Positions 1 to 10,442 are shown, counted from the whole stretch's first letter. The stretch is 62,641 nt of DNA, filler included, from Candidatus Desantisbacteria bacterium CG1_02_49_89 (GCA_001871075.1; 5 parts of 5 records of this genome joined end to end with filler, not necessarily neighbours in it); one strand, 5' to 3'. Notes: generated by a model not told the origin, from the sequence alone. Program-made: numbers and translations.

Positions 1-519
1 ACCCTGGGAAATAAATTTTTCCTGCACGCGAGATGCGCTGTGGGTCAGGGAGTGATCAAAAAAGTCTTTATTTTTAAGGACGGTATACCGAGGCAGGAAC
101 TGCCGCTTTCTCTCAGCACGGGATCAAGGACTGCGCAGGGCGAATATAAGCCTTATTTTTACGTGCAAAACACCGGGAAGCCGCAGTATTTCGAGGTCTG
201 CTATCCTCTTGAGAGCCCGGGTTATTACCACGTTCATGTTGAAACTTCGGGCGGGATACTTTTAAACCAGCCGATGCTTTATGACGTATCCAGCCCGAAC
301 AGCCACCAGATAAGCTACCTGCGCGCCGGAGATTCGGTGAATAACATTGAGATCAAGGGATGGTGCGAGGATATACCGCTGAATGAGGTCGGGAAGGACC
401 CGGGCTATAACTGCTGGTTCAGGAAGGACAGGGCGTGGGAGATGCGGGCGAGTTTCTCAGGCGTGGAATATAAACTGCGCGAAGGGACCGATCTGAGCGC
501 GTATTTCGCCGACCTGTAA
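1..519 (+). CDS. Hypothetical protein, 5'-truncated at window edge
   Basis: Frame is open from base 1 to TAA at 517-519; no recognisable motif. Confidence 0.6.
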   Translation, partial: TLGNKFFLHARCAVGQGVIKKVFIFKDGIPRQELPLSLSTGSRTAQGEYKPYFYVQNTGKPQYFEVCYPLESPGYYHVHVETSGGILLNQPMLYDVSSPNSHQISYLRAGDSVNNIEIKGWCEDIPLNEVGKDPGYNCWFRKDRAWEMRASFSGVEYKLREGTDLSAYFADL

Positions 520-631
520 TACCGTCATACGTCGTAAGTCGTACGTCGTTCGTAAATACTGTCATACATCGTAAGTTTTAAAGATTTATACGTATGACGT
601 AAGACGCACGACGCACGACTGTATTAATAAC

Positions 632-660
632 TTGACATTAGAGAGACTTTATGATATAAT
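632..660 (+). promoter_or_regulatory. Sigma70-type promoter for the large surface protein
   Basis: TTGACA-17 nt-TATAAT with TG extension. Confidence 0.75.
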
Positions 661-686
661 CTTATAAAAATAAATAAGTTATGACA

Positions 687-742
687 GCCCGCCCCGATTA
701 ATATCGGGGCGAGGTCTCGCCCAGACTTAACGTCTGGGCGGA
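687..742 (-). repeat. Double-hairpin miniature element, family A
   Basis: CGCCC..GGGCG-AGACC-TCGCCCCGAT-N5-ATCGGGGC; further copies at 10738, 16657, 40445, 41077, 42802, 51082 and a half copy at 61676. Confidence 0.8.
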
Positions 743-802
743 TTTAGTCAGTTCAGTCAGTTTCAAGACCTATTGTGAATCATGTATAATAACTTGACAA
801 TT

Positions 803-875
803 GTCTTTGCGAGCGACAGCGAAGCAATCTCGTTTTTAACGACGGGATTGCCGCGCCCTTCGGGCTCGCAATGAC
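803..875. repeat. GTC(A/T)TTGCGA...TCGCAATGAC palindromic element (RPE/REP-like)
   Basis: Long imperfect palindrome with GAAGCAATC/GATTGC core; related copies at 7359-7440 and 22985-23088. Confidence 0.75.
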
Positions 876-944
876 AGTAAAAAGCGTCAATCAATTAAGT
901 GAATATCAATAGATTTTGAATATGAATAGTTTGCGAGTTGGCCT

Positions 945-3900
945 ATGATAAAAAATAAAAGGATCTGTTTATGGGCGGTCGTGATATGGGGGCTGTTATT
1001 TGCATGGTCCCCGTTTTTATTCGCGGAAACCGAACCGATCACGGCCTGGATGAAAATCTATAATTCCGGGGCATATGACTAGGTTAATGGAATCGTTATT
1101 GATGATTCAGGATACATCTTCACGGTGGGCGTTTCCAACAGCGATATGATAATTATGAAATACGATTCGAAGGGGAATACCGTATCGAAGATCTTATGGA
1201 ACAACAGTCCCACGGATGGCGGCCAGGGCATAGCCCTGGACGACTCAGGCTGCATATACACGGTAGGCTATTTTTATAACGGTTCGGATGACGACTTTGT
1301 TACAATTAAATGGGATTCGTCCGGAAATACGATCTGGCAGAAAACGTATAACGGCGGGTTCGGCGACGACATGTACGGCGTGGCCGTTGATCCGTCGGGC
1401 AATGTATACGCGGCCGGTACCTCGAACAACGGCACGGATAACGACTGGTTTGTGATAAAATATAATTCCGGCGGTGACAGCATCTGGCAGAAGTCATATA
1501 ACGGGGGAGACCAGGACAACGCATTAGGTATTGCTTTTGACGGCAATACCGGTGTGTATGTTATCGGGTATTCGTACAACGGCCTGAACAACGATCTACT
1601 GCTTATAAAATACGATTCGGACGGCAATACGGTCTGGCAGAAGTACCATGACGGCGGGAATTACGATTACGGCCGCTGCGTTGCGTTTGACAGCCCGAGC
1701 TATGTTTACGCGGCAGGGTCATATAACAACGGCACTGATAATGATGTCCTGCTGATAAAATACGATACAAGCGGTAATACTGTCTGGGTAACAGCCTGCG
1801 ATTTTGGTTATGCTGATGCAGCGAATGCTCTATGTCTTGATTCCGAAGGCAATATTTACGTGGCAGGCAGCGCAAACAACAACTTCAATGACGATCTGAT
1901 AGCGATAAAATACGATACTTCGGGCAACACGCTCTGGGTGAAGAGATACGACAGTTCTTCTAATGACGCCGGGAACGGCATAGTTGTTGAGCGGGGCACA
2001 AAGGATGTGTATGTCGGGGGGTATTCAACCGCCTCGGATTTCGATTACCTCGTTTTAAAATACAGCCAGGACCCGGCGGTAAAATTCAGGATAACTTCCT
2101 CTCCGTTTACCGTGATGGCCAGCCACTATTCCAGGAGGGTGACGGTGGAGGCGCAGGACGAATCAGGGACCCTGGACGAGGATTTCAGTGAGTCCGCCTT
2201 CCTTGTGACTTCCTCGGCAGGCGGGGCTTTCTCCGCAAGCAACACGGTATGGCAGGATACCAGCCTGCTGCATTTTGTTTTTGGCACAGCTTCTTTTTAC
2301 TATAAAGACCTGAATACCGGTATGCCGGTAATTACGGTTTACCGTCCGGATATGATACCGGACGCCCAGACAGAAACGATAGTTCCCGCGGCTGCCAACA
2401 TAGACGCGCTGGGCAGCGCGATCAAGATCAGTTCGTATGCTGTTCCCGCGTCAGGTACGGATACCGCGATCGTGAACGTGCTCTTAAGGGATGGAAGGGG
2501 CGTTCCGATGCAGGGAAGGAGCGCGGAACTGTTTGCAAGGCGTGGTGATTCCACCACTGTTACTTCCAGCCCGCAGATAACCGATGTCAGCGGCTGGTGC
2601 ACGTTCTCGGTGTCTTCGGTTTATGCCGGTATTGAAACTCTCACTGCGGTTTGCGACGGCAATTCTATATCCAACTGTTTTTACTCGGGAGACGTGGTTT
2701 GCCTGCCATTCGAGGAGGTGTGGACAGGCACTCAAACTATGCACGATGCTTCAGGGCATGGCAATGACGGAACGCTCAGCGGGGTTACCGGAGAGATCAA
2801 CGGGCGTAATCTCAGTTACGCGGCGGTTTTCAACGGGACGTCCGATTATGTGAACATCCCGAATTCCGCAAGCCTTAATTCGCCGTCCCTTACCGTAGTG
2901 GCGTGGATTAAACCTACGGTACTGAGGATACAGGGCATTGCGGGCAGAACGCCCGCTACTGCTTCATGGGAACTCTACATGAGCGACGGCACGGGCCATG
3001 TTTCATTCAATGCTTTAGGGGCCTACCAGGTTGCGACTATTTCTACGGCGTTGCCCGGGACGTGGTACCACATTGCCGTGACCTATGACAGCACCGAGCA
3101 GAAGATTAAAATATTCTGGAACGGAGCGCCGGAATCTACTTACTCTTCAGTACCCGGCGCAGGCAATACGGCTGCCAATCCGGTTGAGATCTCCCACACG
3201 TCAACCAACAGGTTTTCCGGATCCATAGATGATTTTAAAATTTACAACCGCGCTCTTTCCGCAAGGGAAATACAATTTGAATACAAAGCCGGCGCTGAAA
3301 TATATTTTGCGTCAACAGCTTTGAGGATAACAACTCCCCAGCGCACTACCACTGCCGGGATACCATCTGACAGCATTGTTGTGCAGGCAAGGGACGCAAG
3401 CGGTAACGTAGACGCGCTTTTCGATGAAACTATCACGCTTCTGTCGTCATCCCTGAACGGACGGTTCTCGCTGTCTAAAATGCCCTGGTCCGGAACAACC
3501 GAAATAGTGCTTTCCAAAGGCCAGCAGGCTTTCTATTACAGGGACTGGGACACGGGCACTCCGGTGATCACGGTTTACCGCGCAGGTCTTGTGTCCAACA
3601 CGCAGGTTGTCATTGTCAACGAGCCCGCGGTTTCTGAAGCAGCTTCTTCGCTAAAAATTCACAACCTGGCTAACGGGAGGTCAATCGCGGACGGAGTTAC
3701 CCTGTGCACGGTCACTGTGGAAGTCAGGGGAGGCTTTGGAGAGACACTTGCAGGGAAACAGGTCACTGTTTATTCTTCCAGGGGCGCATCGTTTGACACA
3801 GTATCTTATCCTTTCGGACAGGTTACGGACGGGAACGGGATCTGCACCGCTTTCATCTGTTCGTCATATGCCGGTGAAGACACGATAACCGCGGTCTGCG

Positions 3901-5105
3901 ACGGAGTGACGATAGCAGAGAATATCATTAATAACCCATCCTTCGAAATTTATAACGGGTCCATAGTCAACTGGAGCTACAACACACCGACAGGTTTATG
4001 GTCGATGTCTACGGATGCCTACGACGGCATGGTATCAATATTTCACACCTGCGCCACAAGTTCGAATAACTATGCGGGTGTTTCCTGGCCCGGAAATACT
4101 TATACAAGCGTCTGGCCTGCCTACGCGGGTGACGGGTTCCTCGTATCCGGTTATATAAAGACGGATAACCTTACCTCAAGCAACACAGGCGCGACTTTCT
4201 ACTTATTAAATCACTCGGACAATATACCTTATGAGTTAGCTTATGTCGGTAACCTTACGGGAACCAATCCGTGGACGTATGTTTCAGGATATTTTACGGT
4301 CAAAATGCTCAGGAACGGGTTCGAGTTCAGGTGTATGAACGAGGGGATGGGCACTGCCTGGTTTGACGCTGTCCGCGTGCAGAGGATACCGACGCTGAAT
4401 TTTACCGCGGCAAGGCTGGGTTTTAGCACGCCGGAAAGGAGCGTGGCAGCCGGAGCAGTGTCTGAAAGCATTGCGATCGAAGCGTGCGGAGAGGCAGGCG
4501 GCAGGGATGTTACCTCGAATGACAAGGTCGAGCTTTATACGTCTTCAATTACCGGAAAATTCTCCGTATCCGACACGCTGTGGGTTGACGTGACGGCGGT
4601 TTTTCTGGCAAAAGGCTGCGCGGTATTTTACTACAAGGATTCCAATACCGGCAATCCCGTTATCACTGTTTCCCGTTCAGGACTGGCGATCGACACCCAG
4701 GCCGTCACCGTGAACACGCCAACTGCGCCGGCCCTGAATATCGTAAAGACCCTGGAAAATGTCAGGACAGGGGAGACCGGAGTTCTTGTCAGGGCCGTTG
4801 CCGGAGACACCCTTGAATACTGCTTAGATATCCTGAACACGGGAGACGAAACCATCACGGAGGCTGTTATCTGCGACACATGGGCTTTTGACACCTCGGT
4901 GAATAACCCTGTTATTTTTATCAGCATGGACACATTCCCTGCTGATTCCTGGGCCTACACCCTTGCCGGGAACCCTTCTGACACAGACTGGATAGCAGGC
5001 GAGCCTTCTTCCGGTTCAGAGGACATAAAAGGCCTCAGGTGGAGGATGGATTTTCTGGTCCCAGCGGACCCGAAAGCCATTAGGTTCAGGATAAAGGTAA
5101 AATAA
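945..5105 (+). CDS. Large secreted adhesin-like protein (signal peptide, SBBP-type beta-propeller repeats, invasin Big_1-like domains, LamG, CBM-like, C-terminal DUF11-like domain); in-frame TAG at 1080-1082
   Basis: ATG at 945 gives a signal peptide (..IWGLLFAWSPFLFA) homologous to that of the next gene; same frame as ORF 1125-5105; KYDSxGNTxW repeats; WYHIAVTYD..FSGSIDDFKIYNRALS LamG motif; GDTLEY..NTG DUF11-like motif. Either read-through or pseudogene. Confidence 0.8.
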
Positions 5106-5333
5106 GGATTCGCGAAATATTATATTGATATAACAGGAGTTAAACAAGTTAAGTTTAGAGTTAAGACTAAATAAGATTAGGCTTTTTAATTGATAAGATC
5201 AATATAGTTTAAGACCAGCCAATTGTTAGCCGGTAAACAGGCTAACAATATAATGAATTTTGGGTTAAACCAAAGATGGGTGTGCCATGTCTAATCTATT
5301 AAAACCGATAATTAGACATTGGTCTGTTTTTAC

Positions 5334-5634
5334 TGTGCGGAAATAATCAAAGGCGGACATAGGGAACAATCAAAAGTGAATATATCTGGGGGAAAATTAT
5401 TTAGACTCGCGGACTTGCAAAAAGCTAAATTAAGAGCAGTTTCTTATGGCAAAACATGTCAGAGGGGAGGGAATGGAAGGCAGGACGGTTTTAAAGGCAA
5501 AAGGCAATCCTCTGTGTTATCTCTAATGAAAGATTTGTTGTGCTTAAAGATGAGCAGAAAATCGGAGAGTACCAACTATGAGCGATGTGACATTTTAAGG
5601 TTCCCAAATGTGACATTTTGAATGTTGCGGAACA
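5334..5634. mobile_element. Internally deleted IS/MITE with TGT...ACA ends and ~16-bp target duplication (IS1202/ISNCY-like)
   Basis: Flanked by ATTGGTCTGTTTTT(AC) at 5318 and 5635; tandem TGTGACATTTT boxes near right end; no intact transposase. Confidence 0.55.
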
Positions 5635-5661
5635 ATTGGTCTGTTTTTGGTCTGTTTTTAC

Positions 5662-5689
5662 TTGACATTTAATAGTTTTATGCTATATT
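5662..5689 (+). promoter_or_regulatory. Sigma70-type promoter upstream of riboswitch
   Basis: TTGACA-16 nt-TATATT with TG extension. Confidence 0.55.
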
Positions 5690-5705
5690 ATATAATAGGC
5701 ATAAT

Positions 5706-5806
5706 AAGGGGGCAAACCCCGGGAAATCGGGGGACGCAAAACTTTACCCGTCAGGGGCACAGAATCTATGTTACGGAAGAGGCTAATAGTGAGCCAGTCA
5801 GGTGCA
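5706..5806 (+). ncRNA. c-di-GMP-I (GEMM-I)-like riboswitch
   Basis: GGCAAACC-CCGG-GAAA-TCGG-GGGACGCAAAAC matches the GEMM P2 tetraloop stem; GCCAGT near 3' end; lies between a promoter and a surface-protein gene. Confidence 0.7.
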
Positions 5807-5824
5807 TATCCGTATATATTAAAT

Positions 5825-6601
5825 TTGAGATCAAGAAATTTGTATATAACAGTCTTTATTATATGGGGACTAACCTTTTTATTTGGTTTGTCCCCATTTT
5901 TATTTGCGCAGACAGTGTCTGACACGCTGTCATTCGCCACGCTTAGTTCCTCCTGGGTTTGTGATGACGGTATTTCTGCCTGTACCGTATCAGTATATAT
6001 TAAAGATGCTTCAGATGTTGCCATACAGGGAAAACAGGTAACCCTGCAGTCCGACCGCGGCTCGCTCGACACGATCACCCAGCCTGTTTCCGTCACTGAT
6101 ACTTTTGGGATGGAAACAGGATGGATATGCTCTTCTGTTGCCGGAACTGCGACAATAACAGTTCTTTGCGACGGCAAAACTATTTCATGCTCCCCAGCAG
6201 GAACAATTCTTACTTTCGGAAGACCCATTATGGCTATATCAAAGATACTGAAAAACGTAAGAACCAATGAAACGGGTACTTCTGTGCCTGTAAATGCGGG
6301 GGATACCATAGAATACATTCTTACCGCGCAGAATACCGGCAACGAGACCGCTACCGATGCTGTTATCGTTGACACGAAAGCCTTTGATACTTTTACAAGC
6401 AACCCCGTTATTTTTATAGGTATGGATACTTTTCCCGCTGATACCTGGGCATACACGCTTGTTTCCAGCCCTTCGGATACCGAATGGATAGCAGGAGTAC
6501 CTGCTTTCGGTTCTGCCAGCCTGAAAGGCCTTAGATGGAGATTTTATTTTTACAGGCCGGGTTTGATCAACCAGGTGAAATTCAGCGTGAAGGTGAAATA
6601 A
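5825..6601 (+). CDS. Secreted protein, Big_1-like domain plus C-terminal DUF11-like domain
   Basis: Signal peptide ending SPFLFA; C-terminal ~125 aa closely similar to that of 945-5105; TTG start at 5825 preferred because ORF start 5768 lies inside the riboswitch. Confidence 0.8.
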   Translation: MRSRNLYITVFIIWGLTFLFGLSPFLFAQTVSDTLSFATLSSSWVCDDGISACTVSVYIKDASDVAIQGKQVTLQSDRGSLDTITQPVSVTDTFGMETGWICSSVAGTATITVLCDGKTISCSPAGTILTFGRPIMAISKILKNVRTNETGTSVPVNAGDTIEYILTAQNTGNETATDAVIVDTKAFDTFTSNPVIFIGMDTFPADTWAYTLVSSPSDTEWIAGVPAFGSASLKGLRWRFYFYRPGLINQVKFSVKVK

Positions 6602-6728
6602 TTTTAAATCATAAGGTAAAAGTCCCGCCTCAACGGCGGGTCGCCGAAGTGGCGACAAAATTCAAAATTAAAGAATAGGAAAAATGTAACTCAGGGCTTT
6701 AGCCCTGATTGTTTGAAAAGGAGATACG

Positions 6729-7292
6729 ATGAAAAAGATTTTAGCAGGATTGTTTATTGCCGGAATTCTGATGCTATGCGCAGGGGCGCAGGCAGCGGTG
6801 CAGAACATTGCCGTCGGCACGTTTAAGAATATGGCGGGAACTCCTTTTCCGGAAACATGTTCGGAGCAGGTAACGGCTGATATAGTGGGCCCTCAGATCA
6901 CGGTCACCAAGCTTCAGCAGAACGGAAGGACGGGGCAGTCCGGATCCGCGATTCTGGTCGCAAGCGGGGACACGATCATTTATACTATCCAGCTTTCTAA
7001 TAGCGGCACTGATTCCGCAACCGAGGTCGTGATAACCGACACGCTTGCCTTTGAAACGGTCGCAGGCCAGAGTGTGTTATACGAGACCAGCTCTGCGACA
7101 CCTGATACCGGCGCGGTATTCGCTGGCGGAATAGTAACAGCCCTTGAATACTATAACGGGTCGATCTGGCAGGGCACGACCTCAGGATTGATCCCGACCA
7201 ACGCAAAAGGCATCCGCTGGATTATAAATCTTGTGACATACGGCGCAAGTCTTTATAACGCCGGGTTCACGATAAAGGTCACAAGCCCGTAG
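6729..7292 (+). CDS. Small secreted DUF11-like protein (candidate pilus shaft subunit)
   Basis: AGGAG RBS, signal peptide ending AQA, ITVTK..GDTIIYTIQLSNSG..VITDT motif. Confidence 0.85.
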   Translation: MKKILAGLFIAGILMLCAGAQAAVQNIAVGTFKNMAGTPFPETCSEQVTADIVGPQITVTKLQQNGRTGQSGSAILVASGDTIIYTIQLSNSGTDSATEVVITDTLAFETVAGQSVLYETSSATPDTGAVFAGGIVTALEYYNGSIWQGTTSGLIPTNAKGIRWIINLVTYGASLYNAGFTIKVTSP

Positions 7293-7358
7293 TTCAATGA
7301 CAGATACTGGATATCAGATCCTGGATGCTAATACAAACGCATAAAATAACCTGATAGT

Positions 7359-7440
7359 GTCATTGCGAACGAACGAAGTGAGTGTGGCAATCTCGTCGTT
7401 AAAACCGAGATTGCTTCGTCGTTTCACTCCTCGCAACGAC
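7359..7440. repeat. RPE/REP-like palindromic element inside a 15-bp inverted repeat pair
   Basis: GTCATTGCGA...TCGCAACGAC; flanked by CTAATACAAACGCAT (7328) / ATGCGTTTGTATTAG (7451). Confidence 0.7.
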
Positions 7441-7510
7441 AAATTACTTAATGCGTTTGTATTAGTAAATACGTGACTTGTGAGCTTGTTAACTATTTCC
7501 TGCCCGCGCG

Positions 7511-7591
7511 TTATCTTATTAAAACAAACTTGCCTGTTGCAGGCTTGTTCCCGGTGGTGTTGGTGACAACGTAGAAGTACACGCCGCTTGC
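7511..7591 (-). CDS. C-terminal fragment of a protein with a T9SS/FlgD-like sorting tail
   Basis: Translates to ASGVYFYVVTNTTGNKPATGKFVLIR*; truncated by the contig end. Confidence 0.7.
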   Translation of the reverse strand, partial: ASGVYFYVVTNTTGNKPATGKFVLIR

Positions 7592-7691
7592 NNNNNNNNN
7601 NNNNNNNNNNNNNNNNNNNNNNNNNNNNNNNNNNNTTAATTAATTAANNNNNNNNNNNNNNNNNNNNNNNNNNNNNNNNNNNNNNNNNNNN
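7592..7691. other. Artificial contig linker
   Basis: N-run, TTAATTAATTAA (stops in six frames), N-run; 100 nt. Confidence 0.98.
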
Positions 7692-7731
7692 TACTCCGAA
7701 AGATTCTATTCCAATTCTCAAAAATTCGTGC

Positions 7732-7797
7732 CGTAGCCCGCCACGATTATTGGCGGGCGCAGGTCCCTGCGTTGAGCTGCGTAGCAGCTGCAGGGAG
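7732..7797 (-). repeat. Two-stem miniature element, family B (variant)
   Basis: CCCTGCAGC..GCTCAACGCAGGGACCTGCG-stem-CTACG followed by GCACGAATTT. Confidence 0.7.
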
Positions 7798-7835
7798 TAA
7801 AACAGTGTTTACCTGTAGAGCCTGCCAACTGCCGC

Positions 7836-7864
7836 TTGACATTTTAACAGGCTTTTGGTATAAT
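7836..7864 (+). promoter_or_regulatory. Sigma70-type promoter
   Basis: TTGACA-17 nt-TATAAT. Confidence 0.75.
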
Positions 7865-7899
7865 ATAGCCATAGAAACACTTGATTTTTAAGGGTTAAA

Positions 7900-10359
7900 A
7901 TGACAAAAGAATTGCCGAAAGGAATTGTAACTATTGTTTTCACCGACATCCAGAACTCCACCGAATTGTGGGTAAGGTTCGGGGATTCGTTCATGCCGGT
8001 CCTTGAAGCCCACAACCAGATACTGCATGATGCCTTAAAGGAGCATGACGGCATAGAGGTGAAGTTCGAGGGAGACTCGTATATCCTTGCCTTTACCAGG
8101 CCGAGGGACGCGGTAAGGTTCGCGGTCAAGTTCCAGCTGGCTTTAAATGAATACGAATGGCCTGAGCATATCGGCAAGGTCCTTGTCAGGATCGGCATCC
8201 ACACAGGAGAGCCGCTGGTCATAGGCAGTGAATACTTCGGTCCCTGCATAAACAAGGCAAAGAGGGTCCAGGAAGCTGCTCACGGCGGCCAGATACTGAT
8301 CTCCGCGGAAGCCCATGCACTGCTTAAAGATACCCTCCCGGATAAAGTCAGCCTCCTGGACCTTAAGTTCCATTACCTGAAAGGCCTTGCAAAACAGGAA
8401 CAGCTGTTCCAGATAGCATATCCGGGCATTCCTGACAACTTCCCCCCGCCCAGAACCCTGGTTCACGCAAAGCGCAAACTTCCTTCCGCGAAAGCTAAGA
8501 AACCTTACGGGACTGTTATTTTATCCATTATCTTATTATTCGCTGTTTATGCGGGCATAGCCCTGCCAAAGGCAATGGAACATGTTGACAATGCGCGGTT
8601 TCTTAGCATTCAGGTATCTTCCCCGCCGGAGCAGTCTTTGGAGGAATTGAAAAAAGCGCGCAGGATATTTCCCTTTGTTTTTCTTTTAAAAGAAGTAAGG
8701 GAGATGCACAATGAAATGGCGTCAAAAGTGCATATAGACAAAAAGAAGAGCGCTTTCAGGAAGGAATTGGACGGCTATCTTCAGCAGATAGGCCGGGATA
8801 TTCAGAACGGATTGATCAGGCATGCCGGAGACCTGTCCGAAGACTTCCTGTTATTTCTGCAAAAAAATGAATATGACGTAAAAAATATCGGGGAAACAAG
8901 GGACACTTATGCCGGCAGGGTCGTCGGTCTGTTCTGTTCCGGGATAGAGGAAAATATCCGCAAGGGGAATACAAGGTCAGCTGGCGATCTTGCGGACCGG
9001 ATATTCTCGGTCCTGGAAAATATGCCGCCCGTTCCCGGCGGGGATGGCGGAATGAAGACCTATGCCGCGGAAATCACCAATGTGTTCGTGAAAAACAATT
9101 CCAGGGATGAAATACTGGCCAGGCTTAAGGATTATCTGGCTAAAAAACCCGAATCTATTTTTGCCTGGAAGAGCGTATTGCAGATCCCCGTTTTCCTGCA
9201 GCTGAAGGCGGTTGACCCGAACTACTATAACAAGAAGATCGCCAATGTTTTATTTGTTGCCCTGAAGAGCAGGGACCCCGATATCCAGGCGCAGGCAGTA
9301 AGCCTCTTGAGCGGCCTGGAAGAGAAATTCGAGATGCCGGAAATAAACGTCCAGAGGCTGTCGCCAACCGTTAAAGGCATATACCGGTTAACCAGGGAGG
9401 GGAATTACAGCGAGCCTGCTTTATCTCCCGGCGGTTCATTGATGGCTGCCGTTAATAAAAGGGAGGGAGCGGTTATTTTGAAGCTGAGCAGGAATCCGTT
9501 AGCTCTGGCCGCTGCCGACAGGGCCGCGAAAAATGCCGCCGGTTTCGCCTGGTCTCCTGACGGGAAAAAGCTTGTTTACCTGGCAGGCGCGCCTGACGCG
9601 CGTCCCGGGCTCTGGGTCGCTGACGTGGAAAAGAACGGCGCCGTAGGAGGCAAAAGGCACATTTCCTCGCGGGGGTCTTATGCCGCGTGGTCACCCGACA
9701 GCAAAAGTATAGCCTTTTACTCTGAAAAAGGGATATATTCCATAAATGCCGACGGGACCGCGCGGGAGCTTCTGGCACAGCCGGGGGAGATCCGGCAGGG
9801 ACTGGTGTGGCTTCCCGAAGGAAAGATCGCTTTTGTCCTGGATTCACCGGGCGCCGGGGATAATAAAAATTTATGCCTGCTGGACATTAAGACAAAAATA
9901 ATCACGACTATTTATTCCGGCGATATCAGGTTTGTGCAATGGTATGTTTCTCCCAGGGCGGGCATACCAAGCAAGGTCCACTGTAAAATAGGAAATTCAC
10001 AATTCTGGATGAACTGGGACGGCGGAAAGAAAAAAAACGACTCCCTGAGTGATGGCGAGGTCTGCGGTCCCTGGTCCTCAGACGGAAATTATTTTGCCTA
10101 TGAAGGTTCGGCGGAAAAACTCGGAAGCGCTCTCGAAACCTATATAGGCGTTTTCAATACAACGCAGATGAGCCGTGAAAGGCTGACATGGCTGAATAAC
10201 GGGAGCCTTGAGAGCCCGGCGTGGCTTCCCGGCAACAGATCCATTATCTGCCTGGACGCGAAATGGGGCAATTTTTATATTATTTTATTTGCTGAGCCTG
10301 AAGAGGAATATGACTATGACTATGACGAACATGACGATATTCATCTGCAGGATAATTAA
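7900..10359 (+). CDS. Class III adenylate/guanylate cyclase with one TM helix, helical region and TolB/PD40-like beta-propeller
   Basis: VFTDIQNST, VKFEGDSY, RIGIHTGEP, YFGPCINKAKR catalytic motifs; TM near aa 205-222; WSPDG repeats. Confidence 0.88.
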   Translation: MTKELPKGIVTIVFTDIQNSTELWVRFGDSFMPVLEAHNQILHDALKEHDGIEVKFEGDSYILAFTRPRDAVRFAVKFQLALNEYEWPEHIGKVLVRIGIHTGEPLVIGSEYFGPCINKAKRVQEAAHGGQILISAEAHALLKDTLPDKVSLLDLKFHYLKGLAKQEQLFQIAYPGIPDNFPPPRTLVHAKRKLPSAKAKKPYGTVILSIILLFAVYAGIALPKAMEHVDNARFLSIQVSSPPEQSLEELKKARRIFPFVFLLKEVREMHNEMASKVHIDKKKSAFRKELDGYLQQIGRDIQNGLIRHAGDLSEDFLLFLQKNEYDVKNIGETRDTYAGRVVGLFCSGIEENIRKGNTRSAGDLADRIFSVLENMPPVPGGDGGMKTYAAEITNVFVKNNSRDEILARLKDYLAKKPESIFAWKSVLQIPVFLQLKAVDPNYYNKKIANVLFVALKSRDPDIQAQAVSLLSGLEEKFEMPEINVQRLSPTVKGIYRLTREGNYSEPALSPGGSLMAAVNKREGAVILKLSRNPLALAAADRAAKNAAGFAWSPDGKKLVYLAGAPDARPGLWVADVEKNGAVGGKRHISSRGSYAAWSPDSKSIAFYSEKGIYSINADGTARELLAQPGEIRQGLVWLPEGKIAFVLDSPGAGDNKNLCLLDIKTKIITTIYSGDIRFVQWYVSPRAGIPSKVHCKIGNSQFWMNWDGGKKKNDSLSDGEVCGPWSSDGNYFAYEGSAEKLGSALETYIGVFNTTQMSRERLTWLNNGSLESPAWLPGNRSIICLDAKWGNFYIILFAEPEEEYDYDYDEHDDIHLQDN

Positions 10360-10442
10360 AAAGCGGCACTTGGGTGTCAGGTCTTGACATGTGACATATC
10401 TTATGAGAAGAACTATACAGTCCATGGTCGACGGTCCACAGT

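Noticed and set aside
5319-5922. ORFs 5319-5621 and 5647-5922
   Set aside because: Overlap an IS relic, promoter and riboswitch; no recognisable protein features
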